Shown: positions 1 to 7,235 of the stretch, in pieces
Layout: every line of letters begins with the position of its first letter
Numbering within the stretch: the stretch's first letter is position 1
Source: Candidatus Rokuibacteriota bacterium
GTDB lineage: Bacteria; Methylomirabilota; Methylomirabilia; Rokubacteriales; DASRDR01
Assembly (NCBI GenBank): GCA_044866005.1
Contig: JBIOTN010000125.1
Coordinates: forward strand, 1 to 12,178
Length of the DNA: 12,178 nucleotides
Reading direction: 5' to 3'
The notes under the pieces: generated by a model
Told to the model about the DNA's origin: nothing
Seen by the model: the letters and a program-made list of their open reading frames with translations, nothing else
Database searches by the model: none
Position numbers and translations under genes: made by a program

Positions 1-2
1 GC

Positions 3-1403
3 CATCAGCTCTCCGTCTACGCGATCGGCCCGGCCGGCGAGCGCCTCGTGCGCTTCGCGGCGATTCACGGCGACTACGGTCACGTCGCCTCGAAAAACGG
101 ATGCGGCGCCGTCATGGGCAAGAAGAAGCTCAAGGCCCTCGCCATCGTGAAGGGCACGCGCGCGCTCCGGGTCGCCGACTACCGCGGCGTGATCCAGGCC
201 GCCGACGACATCGCTCACGATCTCCGGACCGATCCCTCGGCGAAGTCGCTGTACGAGTACGGCACCCTGCCGGGCGTCGTCAACCTCGCCAAGCTCGGCG
301 TGCTGCCGATCAAGAACTACACGACCAACGTGCCGTACGACGACACGTCCACCTGGGAGGCCCCCAAGCTGCGCGAGGGCTTCGACCACCGCGGCCACCA
401 GTGCAACGCCTGCGGCATGCACCACTGTCACATGCAGGTGATCCGGGGCGGCCCCTTCAAGGGCGCCATCGTGGACGAGCCCGAGTACGAGGGCTGGTCC
501 GGCTGCGGCTGGCAGATCGGGGCCACCGACCAGGAGGGGGTGTCCTGGCTCAACACCGAGGTCGACCGGGCCTGCGTGGACGTCAACGAGTTCGGCTGGG
601 TCTGCGGCTGGGTCATGGAGTGCCAGGAGAAGGGGTACATCACCGAGTCGCAGCTCGGCTTCCGCCTCGGCTGGGGGGATGCCGAGGGCGCCAACCGGCT
701 CCTCCAGATGATCAGCCGGCGCGACGGCCTCGGCGACCTCCTGGCCGAGGGCGTCAAGATCGCCGCCGAGCGCCTCGGCGGGCCGGCGGCGGACTGCGCG
801 ATCTACACGGCCAAGGGCGCGTCGCCGCGCGGCCACGATCACCGGGCGCGGTGGGACGAGCTGCTCGACACCTGCACGGGCTCGACCGGCACGCTGGAGA
901 CGGGACCGCCGGTCTTCCCGGCCGAGCTGGGCCTCCCCGCGCGCATCAACCCCTTCGATCCCGAGGCGGTCGCCCGCCAGACGGCGGCCCTCAACGGGCG
1001 CCGGCACTTCGAGGACTCGCTCGGCGCGTGCATCTTCACGACGCGGACGCTCTTCGAGAACCTCTGCCGGGCGCTGTCGGCGGCCACGGGCTGGGAGTTC
1101 ACGCGGGACGAGGCGGTGCGATTCGGCCGCCGGGTGGGCGCGATGTTCCGGGCCTTCAACCTCCGCTGCGGCATCGGGCCGGAGCTCGAGCGGCCCTCCA
1201 GGCGATACGGCTCCACGCCGGTGGACGGCCCCGCCAAGGGACAGTCGATCGAGAAGCACTGGGACCACATGCTGGACGTCTGGTACGCCGGGATGGGCTA
1301 CGACCGCGCGACTGGCCGCCCGACGCCGGAGACGCTCGCGGCGCTCGACCTCGAGTGGCTGATCCCCGCCGTCTGGGGCAAGGACACCGCCCCGCGGCGA
1401 TGA
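3..1403 (+). CDS. aor: Aldehyde:ferredoxin oxidoreductase family (W/Mo-bis-pterin, 4Fe-4S), 5'-truncated by the window edge
   Basis: The frame is open from position 3 (HQLSVYAIGPAGERLVRFAAI), so the start lies upstream of the window. AOR motifs are IGPAGE, GCGAVMGKKKLKA, YGT, C-N-A-C-G-M-H-H-C, EPEYE, GDLLAEG, RGHDHR, DSLGAC and the C-terminal YAGMGYDRATGRPT. A MoaD-like gene follows, as is typical for aor loci. Confidence 0.93.
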   Translation, partial: HQLSVYAIGPAGERLVRFAAIHGDYGHVASKNGCGAVMGKKKLKALAIVKGTRALRVADYRGVIQAADDIAHDLRTDPSAKSLYEYGTLPGVVNLAKLGVLPIKNYTTNVPYDDTSTWEAPKLREGFDHRGHQCNACGMHHCHMQVIRGGPFKGAIVDEPEYEGWSGCGWQIGATDQEGVSWLNTEVDRACVDVNEFGWVCGWVMECQEKGYITESQLGFRLGWGDAEGANRLLQMISRRDGLGDLLAEGVKIAAERLGGPAADCAIYTAKGASPRGHDHRARWDELLDTCTGSTGTLETGPPVFPAELGLPARINPFDPEAVARQTAALNGRRHFEDSLGACIFTTRTLFENLCRALSAATGWEFTRDEAVRFGRRVGAMFRAFNLRCGIGPELERPSRRYGSTPVDGPAKGQSIEKHWDHMLDVWYAGMGYDRATGRPTPETLAALDLEWLIPAVWGKDTAPRR

Positions 1404-1428
1404 CGGACAGGGGGCGTGGCCCCTCCGA
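1404..1428. repeat. Degenerate copy of the GC-rich palindromic (REP-like) unit
   Basis: CGGA-CA-GGGGGC-GTG-GCCCC-TCCGA resembles TCGGAGGGGGGC-TCC-GCCCCCCTTCCGA at 12001-12028. Confidence 0.5.
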
Positions 1429-1432
1429 AGTC

Positions 1433-1876
1433 ATGCGCGTGCACGTCGAGGCGCTGTCCTGGGTCAACAAGTTCGTGGGCGGGCCGGGCACGGGCCAGGT
1501 CGTGCTGACCGAAGAAGTCCCGCCGGCCGCCACCGTGCGCGCGGTGCTCCGCCAGGTGACCGACCGCTACGCCGAGCTCGGCCACGCCCTGTGGGACTCC
1601 GGCAGCCGGCGCGAGATCGGCGACAACATCGAGGTCATGGTCAACAACGCCGTCCTCGGCGTGAGCCACGACCTCGACAGCCCCCTCCTGGAGGACGACC
1701 GCATCACCCTCCTCGGCCAGTACATGGGAGGATGCACTCCGGGCGGCGGCTCTGCCGCCGCAACCGAGCGGGGGGGCATCGGGGGGGTCTTCCGAGACCC
1801 CCCCGAAGAAGCGAACATCGCGCGCGTTGCGGTGATGCGGACGCGAATCGCCCGGTCGTCACCGACAGCGCCGTAA
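1433..1876 (+). CDS. MoaD/ThiS-family (beta-grasp) sulfur carrier with a 47-aa extension after the Gly-Gly
   Basis: This is the C-terminal part of the 101..1876 ORF. MRVHVEALSW...ATVRAVLRQV...IEVMVNN...LLEDDRITLLGQYMGG matches the MoaD/ThiS pattern, with GG at 1727-1732 (residues 99-100 from ATG 1433). An alternative ATG at 1400 overlaps the aor stop (ATGA). The first in-frame stop is TAA at 1874-1876. Confidence 0.85.
   Translation: MRVHVEALSWVNKFVGGPGTGQVVLTEEVPPAATVRAVLRQVTDRYAELGHALWDSGSRREIGDNIEVMVNNAVLGVSHDLDSPLLEDDRITLLGQYMGGCTPGGGSAAATERGGIGGVFRDPPEEANIARVAVMRTRIARSSPTAP
1743..1806. repeat. Double-hairpin palindromic (REP-like) element
   Basis: Perfect 8-bp stem GCGGCGGC-TCT-GCCGCCGC (1743-1761) and perfect 12-bp stem TCGGGGGGGTCT-TCCG-AGACCCCCCCGA (1779-1806). 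The architecture resembles the hairpin cluster at 12001-12071 in the opposite orientation. Confidence 0.7.
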
Positions 1877-1917
1877 ATCGGGAAGCCTCGGGACGCTCTT
1901 CCGAGCCTAGCCTTCCA

Positions 1918-2325
1918 GTGCCCGATCCGCTGGAGTCCTCGGGCGCGCCGCCGGGGTCCACGCCGGCCCGGCCCCGCCACTGGCTCTTCTGGGACGGCGG
2001 CTGAGGGCTCTGACGGCGGGCGGTCGCTTGGGTCAAGCGACGAGACCGGGACGACGTCTTCGAGGCGGTCCCCTACCAGGCGGCGCCGCGCCCCCCCATG
2101 ACGGACAGCCTGGCCGCGCGCTGCGCGCGCGCCGTGCACGTGCTGGGGGCGGACGGGACCCTCCTGGCGGGCGGGCGGGCCTCGCTCTTCGTGCTGGGAC
2201 GGATCGGCTGGCCGCGGCTCGCGCGCGGGCTGGCGCGCCCGCCGCTGGTCTGGCTCGTGGAGGCCGGTTACCGGCTCGTCGCCCGGAACCGCGGGTTCTT
2301 CGGCCGGTTCCTCTTCCGCCGCTGA
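1918..2325 (+). CDS. DCC-family (DUF393) thiol-disulfide oxidoreductase, predicted selenoprotein with a UxxU motif (in-frame TGA at 2002-2004 and 2011-2013)
   Basis: One continuous frame joins the end of ORF 1591..2004 to ORF 2098..2325: HWLFWDGG*GL*RRAVAWVKRRDRDDVFEAVPYQ...AVHVLGADGTLLAGGRASLFVL...LVEAGYRLVARNRGFF. This fits the DCC pattern (DxxCxxC, then W..RRD, F.P.Q, and C-terminal Y..VA.NR), with the two stops exactly at the two Cys positions. The start at GTG 1918 (135 aa) is tentative because there is no clear SD. Confidence 0.85.
2021..2048 (+). promoter_or_regulatory. Putative bacterial SECIS element within the DCC coding sequence
   Basis: Perfect 8-bp stem GTCGCTTG (2023-2030) / CAAGCGAC (2034-2041) with a G-initiated GGT loop. 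An alternative lower pairing is CGGTC (2021-2025) / GACCG (2044-2048). The loop starts 17 nt after the second TGA and 26 nt after the first. Confidence 0.72.
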
Positions 2326-2339
2326 CCGGCCGGTCGGCG

Positions 2340-3467
2340 CTACGCCGACTCGGCGGCCTGGCCGGGCTCGCGCGCAGGCAGGAAGACGGTGAAGGTCGTG
2401 CCCTTCCCGAGGCGGGTCTCGTACCGGATGTGGCCGCTGTGGGCCTCCACGATGCGCTGGCAGATCGAGAGCCCGAGCCCCGTCCCTTCGGGCTTGGTCG
2501 TGAAGAACGGGCGAAAGAGCCGGGCCTCGACCTCGGGCGTGAGCCCCGGCCCCTGGTCTTCGACCTCGATCTCCCCCCCATCCGAGACGGCTCGTGTGGT
2601 GACCTGGACCGTTCCGCCCCCCGGCATCGCCTCGGCGGCGTTGTTGAGGAGGTTCAGCACGATCTGCTGGATCTGCCCCGGATCGAGGTTCAGGCCGGGG
2701 ACGGGCTCGAGCGCGGCCCGCACGTCCAGGCGCCCGCGCCGGGTGGCGCGGAAGAGCCCGACCGCCACGCCGACCACCTCGCTGAGGTCCGCCTCGACCT
2801 GGCCGCCGGACTCGCGCATGGCGAACCGCCGCAGGTCGTCGACCAGCCGATTGATCCGGGTCACGCCGTCCTGCGCCGCCTTCTCGTACTCCAGGAGCTC
2901 TTCCGAGAGCGCGCTGAGCTCGGTCGGGACCCTGAGAGCGTGCTCCAGGCGCTGGCGGACCAGGAAGAGGTTGTTCGTGATGTAGGTCAGGGGGGTCCGG
3001 ATCTCGTGGGCAACGCCCGACACCAGCGTGCCGAGCGTGGAGAGCTTCTCGCTCATGGCCACCTGCTGGCGCGCCGCCTCGAGATCCTGCTCCGCCTTCC
3101 GGCGCTCCAGCGCGTTGGCGACGACGGTGAGGATCTTCTCCGGCGTCATGTCGGCCGGCTTCTCGAGGAAGGCATAGGCGCCGGCCTCGCGGGCGGCGAA
3201 CCCCTTCGACCCCGACCCGTAGCCCGTGATGACGATCGCCAGGAGCGCCGGCCGGCGGGCCTTCAGCTCCTTGAGGAGCACGAGGCCGTCCATGTCGGGC
3301 AGCACCAGGTCCACGAAGGCGAGGTCCCAGTCCGCTTCGTCCACGAGCTCGAGGGCGTCGGTGGCCGTGCCGGCCGTCCGGACGGTGAAGCCCTCGTGCT
3401 GGAGCACCAGCCGGAACGAATCGGCGATGAACGGGTCGTCGTCGATGACGAGGATGTATCCGGGCAT
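2340..3467 (-). CDS. Receiver-domain + histidine kinase protein (NtrB-like kinase core), cytoplasmic, no sensor domain
   Basis: N-terminal receiver (ILVIDDD, DLAFVDLVLPDMDG, ITG, FLEKP), then H-box AHEIRTPL, N-box LNLLNNA, DQGPG, FRPFFTTK and GTGLGL. ATG 3467 has SD GGAAGGAG and is preferred over GTG 3512. Confidence 0.92.
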   Translation of the reverse strand: MPGYILVIDDDPFIADSFRLVLQHEGFTVRTAGTATDALELVDEADWDLAFVDLVLPDMDGLVLLKELKARRPALLAIVITGYGSGSKGFAAREAGAYAFLEKPADMTPEKILTVVANALERRKAEQDLEAARQQVAMSEKLSTLGTLVSGVAHEIRTPLTYITNNLFLVRQRLEHALRVPTELSALSEELLEYEKAAQDGVTRINRLVDDLRRFAMRESGGQVEADLSEVVGVAVGLFRATRRGRLDVRAALEPVPGLNLDPGQIQQIVLNLLNNAAEAMPGGGTVQVTTRAVSDGGEIEVEDQGPGLTPEVEARLFRPFFTTKPEGTGLGLSICQRIVEAHSGHIRYETRLGKGTTFTVFLPAREPGQAAESA

Positions 3468-3519
3468 GGCTCCTTCCAACCGGCGGGCGTCGACACCGGG
3501 GCCCGCCGACACCTCCCCT

Positions 3520-3548
3520 ACTTTAATGAAGGCCGGCCGGATTGCCTA
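3520..3548 (-). promoter_or_regulatory. Possible sigma70-type promoter for the receiver-kinase gene
   Basis: Minus strand TAGGCA (3548-3543), 17 nt, TAAAGT (3525-3520), in a locally AT-richer patch about 50 nt upstream of the ATG. Confidence 0.4.
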
Positions 3549-3653
3549 GCGACCTCGACAGGGGGTCGAGCCCTCCCGTCCCGGCCACCTCCGGGGCGTG
3601 GCGCGGGAACGCCGGCGCCGGGCTGGCGACCCTCCCGGACCGCCGCCGCGCGC

Positions 3654-4415
3654 TCACCCGCCCTCCGGCGCGCACGTGAGCTCGCTCAGCGAGCCGATGA
3701 CGACGTCGGCGTGGGCGCGGAGGTCGGGTTCCGGGGTGATGCCCGTGACGACGCCGATGGCGAGGGCGACACCCGCCTCTCGGGCCATCAGCATGTCGGC
3801 CACGCCGTCGCCGACCACGACCGCCTCGCCCGGAGCGACCCGGAGCCGCTCGCAGAGCTGGAGCACCATCTCGGGGTGCGGCTTCGTCAGGCTGACCGCG
3901 TCGGCCCCGACGATCGTGTCGAACAGGCCGGCGACGCCGAGGGCCTCGAGCCCACGGCGGGCCTGCGTCGTCGTGTCCGTCGTCGCGACGGCCAGCCGCG
4001 CCCCGGCGGCGCGCAGCCGCGCGAGGGTCGGTCCGAGGTCGGGCAAGGCTCGCGCATCGCGCACCGGGTCCACCGCCTCGTCCGCCCGGCGATAGGCCCG
4101 GCGCACGGCGGCCATCGCGTCCTCCCACGGCAGGCCGGCCCCGTAGAGCACGGTCGCGCCGATGACCGAGGTCTCGGTCCGCGGCGCGAGGGCCAGCGGG
4201 CCGCGGGGGTCGATGCGCCCGCTGTCGGGGTCGTAGCCGAAGGCGCGGAGGAGCGCCGGCTCCAGGGTGCCGTTGGCCTTCGCCTCCTCCACGATGAACC
4301 GCGCGCGCGCCCGCACCACCGGCACCCAGAGCGAGTGGAACTCGATCAGCGTGCCGTCCTTGTCGAAGATCACGAGCCGGCACGCCGTCTCGCGCCCGCC
4401 GCAGCGGAGTCTCAC
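3654..4415 (-). CDS. HAD-superfamily phosphatase (subfamily IA, phosphoglycolate phosphatase-like)
   Basis: Motif I FDKDGTL, motif II VATT, motif III KPHP and motif IV VGDGVAD. Confidence 0.9.
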   Translation of the reverse strand: MRLRCGGRETACRLVIFDKDGTLIEFHSLWVPVVRARARFIVEEAKANGTLEPALLRAFGYDPDSGRIDPRGPLALAPRTETSVIGATVLYGAGLPWEDAMAAVRRAYRRADEAVDPVRDARALPDLGPTLARLRAAGARLAVATTDTTTQARRGLEALGVAGLFDTIVGADAVSLTKPHPEMVLQLCERLRVAPGEAVVVGDGVADMLMAREAGVALAIGVVTGITPEPDLRAHADVVIGSLSELTCAPEGG

Positions 4416-4467
4416 GCGACGCCCCCCGGCGACCGGCAGCCTACCCAGTGCGGCGCGCTCTCCGGGC

Positions 4468-5640
4468 TCATGCCATCAGGCGGGCGTAGATCTTCTCGTA
4501 GCCCCGCGCGTCGATGAGGCGCGGGTTGCCGATGGTCTGGGGGTCGGCCTCCGCCATCTTCGCCAGGCGCCCGATGTCGCCGGGCCGGGCGCCGGTGAAC
4601 TCGCAGAACGGCGGGAACTCGAGGTCGCGGGTCAGCGCGGCCATGGCGGCGACGCCGCAACGGGCCGCCTCGAGGGTCGTGAGCCGGCGGACGTCTTCGC
4701 CGAGCGCGACGGCGATCCGGGCGTACTTCTCCGGGTTGCCGAGGAGGTTGTACTCCGAGCACGGCGCCAGCATGATGCCGGTCAGGTAGCCGTGGTGCAC
4801 GTCGAAGACGCCGCCGAAGGTCTGGGCCATGGCGTGGACCGCGCCCGCCGACTCCGAGCCGTAGGCGAGCCCGGCAAGCATCGCCGCCATCGCCATCTTG
4901 TAGCGCGCCTCGACGTCCTCCCCGTTGGCGAAGGCGATGCGGAGGTACCTCCCGATGTACTCCATCGCGAGGAGCGCGACGGCATCGGTGAGCGGCTGGG
5001 CGTAGGCGCAGGTGTAGCACTCGACGGCGTGGGAGAGGGCGTCCATGCCGGTGAACGCGGTGAGGTGCGGCGGCAGGCCCACGACCAGCAGGGGGTCGAT
5101 GAGCGCCAGGTGCGGCCCGATCAGCGGTCCGCCCACGTTGAACTTGACCTGGCGCGCGGGGTCGGTGATGACCGACCAGAGGGTCACCTCGCTCCCGGTC
5201 CCGGACGTGGTCGGGATGCACACGAGCGGCGGCACGCGCCGCGTGAGCGGCGTGTGCCCGTACTCGTAGTCGAGGATCCTCCCCCCGTGCGCGACCTCGA
5301 CGCCGATCGCCTTGGCGACGTCCATGGAAGAGCCGCCGCCGAGCGCGATCATCCCGTCGGCGCGGTGGTCGCGGTAGGCCTCGGTCCCGCGGGCCACGTG
5401 GTGGATGGAGGGGTTGCCCACGACGCCGTCGAAGATCGCGGGCTCGAGGCCCTGCGCCTTGAGGTAGCCGGCCGCGCGGTCCACGTGGCCGGTCGCGACC
5501 ATCCCCTTGTCGGAGACCAGGAGCGGCCGGCGGACGCCCAGGCGGACGGTCTCCTCGCCGAGGGCGGCGAGCGCGCCCACGCCGTGCTTGACGACGGTGG
5601 GGAGCTCGTAGCTCTGGAGCTTCAGTTGCGCGAGTTCCAT
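4468..5640 (-). CDS. gbsB: Iron-containing (type III) alcohol dehydrogenase, GbsB-like choline dehydrogenase
   Basis: This is the C-terminal 390 aa of the 4468..7662 ORF, starting at ATG 5640 with SD GGAG. Motifs are GGGSSMD, PTTSGTGSEVT and metal ligands in DALSH, AVH and HHG. The segments AIGVE, KFNVGGPLI, AQPLTDAVAL, YGSESAGAVHAM and DPQTIGNPR match Bacillus subtilis GbsB as I recall it; no alignment was run. Confidence 0.85.
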   Translation of the reverse strand: MELAQLKLQSYELPTVVKHGVGALAALGEETVRLGVRRPLLVSDKGMVATGHVDRAAGYLKAQGLEPAIFDGVVGNPSIHHVARGTEAYRDHRADGMIALGGGSSMDVAKAIGVEVAHGGRILDYEYGHTPLTRRVPPLVCIPTTSGTGSEVTLWSVITDPARQVKFNVGGPLIGPHLALIDPLLVVGLPPHLTAFTGMDALSHAVECYTCAYAQPLTDAVALLAMEYIGRYLRIAFANGEDVEARYKMAMAAMLAGLAYGSESAGAVHAMAQTFGGVFDVHHGYLTGIMLAPCSEYNLLGNPEKYARIAVALGEDVRRLTTLEAARCGVAAMAALTRDLEFPPFCEFTGARPGDIGRLAKMAEADPQTIGNPRLIDARGYEKIYARLMA

Positions 5641-5705
5641 GCGTGCTCCGTGCGTCCTCAGGCCGAGGAGCGAGGGCTCGGCTCGCCGGCGCGACCGTGC
5701 CTGGC

Positions 5706-7142
5706 TCAGGCCAGGTCGAGGACGATCGTCTTGAGGTCGGTCATCTCCCAGAGCGAGTACTTGCCGCCGATCCGGCCGACGCCGCTCTGGCGGACGCCTC
5801 CGTACGGGACGTGGAGCTCCCAGTAGTTCGTGGACTCGTTCACGTTGACGACGCCGCACCGGAGTCGCTCGGCGAGCCGCAGGGCGCGGCCGAGGTCGCG
5901 CGTGAAGACGGCGCCGACCAGGCCGTACGGGCCCTCGTCCGCCAGGCGCCAGAGCTCCGCCTCGTCCGCGAAGGCGGTCACCGGCGCCACCGGCCCGAAC
6001 GTCTCTTCCTGGAACACCGCCATGTCCGGCGTCACCGCGTCGAGCACGGTCGGCTCCCAGTAGAGCGGGGTGGGGAAGCCGGCGGCGCGCTTGCCGCCGT
6101 GGAGGAGGCGCGCGCCGCGCGCCAGGGCGTCGGCGACGTGGCGCTCCATCTTGTCGGCCACGGGTCCGTTGTTCACGGGCCCCATCGTCGTCGCCGGATC
6201 GAACGGGTCGCCCAGGCGGACGTCCCGGGCGGCCGCGACGAGCCGCTCGAGGAACGGCGTGTGGACGGCGCGGTGGACGAGGATGCGCTCGGCGGCCGAG
6301 CAGGACTGGCCGGCGCAGAGGAAGGCGCCGACCGTCGCGGCCCGGACGGCCCGGCCGAGGTCGGCGTCCTCCCACACGATGAAGGGGCCGTTGCCGCCGA
6401 GCTCGAGCAGGACCGGCTTGCCGGCGGCGCGCTGGGCCACGAGGCGGCCCGTCGCGATGCTGCCGGTGAAGGCGACGCCGTGCGTGCCGGGATGGGCGGC
6501 GACCGCGTCGCCGACGACGGGGCCCGGTCCCGTGAGGAGGTTCACCGCGCCCGCCGGCAGCCCGGCGGCCTCGAGACATTCGGCCAGGCGGACCGCGCAG
6601 AGCGAGGTGGTCGGGGCGGGCACCCAGACCACGGCGTTCCCGGCGGCCAGGGCCGGGGCGAGCTGCTCCGCCGGCATCGTGAGCGGCCAGTTCCACGGCG
6701 TGATGATGGCGTAGACGCCGCGCGGCTGGCGGACCGTCAGGATGCGCTTGGCCGGGTCCGCCGAGGGGTGCACCGTGCTTTCGAGCCGCCTGGCCTCCTC
6801 CCCCCACAGGCGGAAGCACTCGGCCGCTTCGTCCGCCTCCACGAGGGCCTCCGCGTGGTAGGGCTTGCCCTGCTCGAGGGTGACGATGCGCGCGAGCTCC
6901 TCCCGCCGCGCCGCGATCGCGTCGGCGATGCGATGACAGAGCCGGGCCCGCTCGGCCGGAGTCATCGCCGCCAGGGCGGGCGCGGCGGCGTTCGCCGCGC
7001 GCACCGCGTCGTCGGCGTCGCGCCGCGTCCCCTCGGCGACGCGGCCGAGCGCCTCCCCCGTCGCGGGGCTCAGGGCCTCGAAGCTCGCGCCGGCCTCGCT
7101 GGGCCGCCACGTTCCGCCGATCCACACCCTGGCGTCGGTCAC
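5706..7142 (-). CDS. NAD(P)-dependent aldehyde dehydrogenase, candidate betaine-aldehyde dehydrogenase by context
   Basis: Motifs ITPWNWP, FTGS, LELGG (catalytic Glu), AGQSC (catalytic Cys), EETFGP and PYGG. GTG 7142 follows SD GGGAGAG and is preferred over TTG 7160. Confidence 0.92.
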   Translation of the reverse strand: MTDARVWIGGTWRPSEAGASFEALSPATGEALGRVAEGTRRDADDAVRAANAAAPALAAMTPAERARLCHRIADAIAARREELARIVTLEQGKPYHAEALVEADEAAECFRLWGEEARRLESTVHPSADPAKRILTVRQPRGVYAIITPWNWPLTMPAEQLAPALAAGNAVVWVPAPTTSLCAVRLAECLEAAGLPAGAVNLLTGPGPVVGDAVAAHPGTHGVAFTGSIATGRLVAQRAAGKPVLLELGGNGPFIVWEDADLGRAVRAATVGAFLCAGQSCSAAERILVHRAVHTPFLERLVAAARDVRLGDPFDPATTMGPVNNGPVADKMERHVADALARGARLLHGGKRAAGFPTPLYWEPTVLDAVTPDMAVFQEETFGPVAPVTAFADEAELWRLADEGPYGLVGAVFTRDLGRALRLAERLRCGVVNVNESTNYWELHVPYGGVRQSGVGRIGGKYSLWEMTDLKTIVLDLA

Positions 7143-7191
7143 CGTGCTCTCCCGTGTCAACGCGCGCGCTCGGTCCTGTCGTCGCTTCCGA

Positions 7192-7219
7192 CCGCCGCCG
7201 CCGCGGGTGGCGGCGGCGG
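7192..7219. other. Intergenic GC-rich stem-loop between BHMT and ALDH (mRNA stabiliser or partial terminator)
   Basis: Perfect 11-bp stem CCGCCGCCGCC (7192-7202) / GGCGGCGGCGG (7209-7219) with a 6-nt loop. There is no U-tract. Confidence 0.5.
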
Positions 7220-7235
7220 GGAGTCCGGCAGCACG

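Noticed and set aside
1591..1917. N-terminal part of ORF 1591..2004 as part of the DCC protein
   Set aside because: It overlaps moaD off-frame and the repeat, and is low-complexity. A start near 1918 gives a normal DCC length.
1918..2325. DCC gene as a pseudogene with two nonsense mutations
   Set aside because: Both stops are TGA and fall exactly on the motif cysteines, the rest of the frame is intact, and a SECIS-like hairpin follows. This reading is disfavoured, though not formally excluded.
2320..2339. Palindrome centred on GACCGGCCGGTC between the convergent DCC and kinase genes as an intrinsic terminator
   Set aside because: There is no U-tract on either strand and it is short for such GC-rich DNA, so it was not called.
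2028..4517. 829-aa plus-strand ORF and other long Arg/Pro/Gly-rich ORFs (4267..5826, 5643..7847, 9277..11022, 10932..11948)
   Set aside because: These are antisense or off-frame shadows of well-supported genes, expected at this GC content, and show no family motifs.
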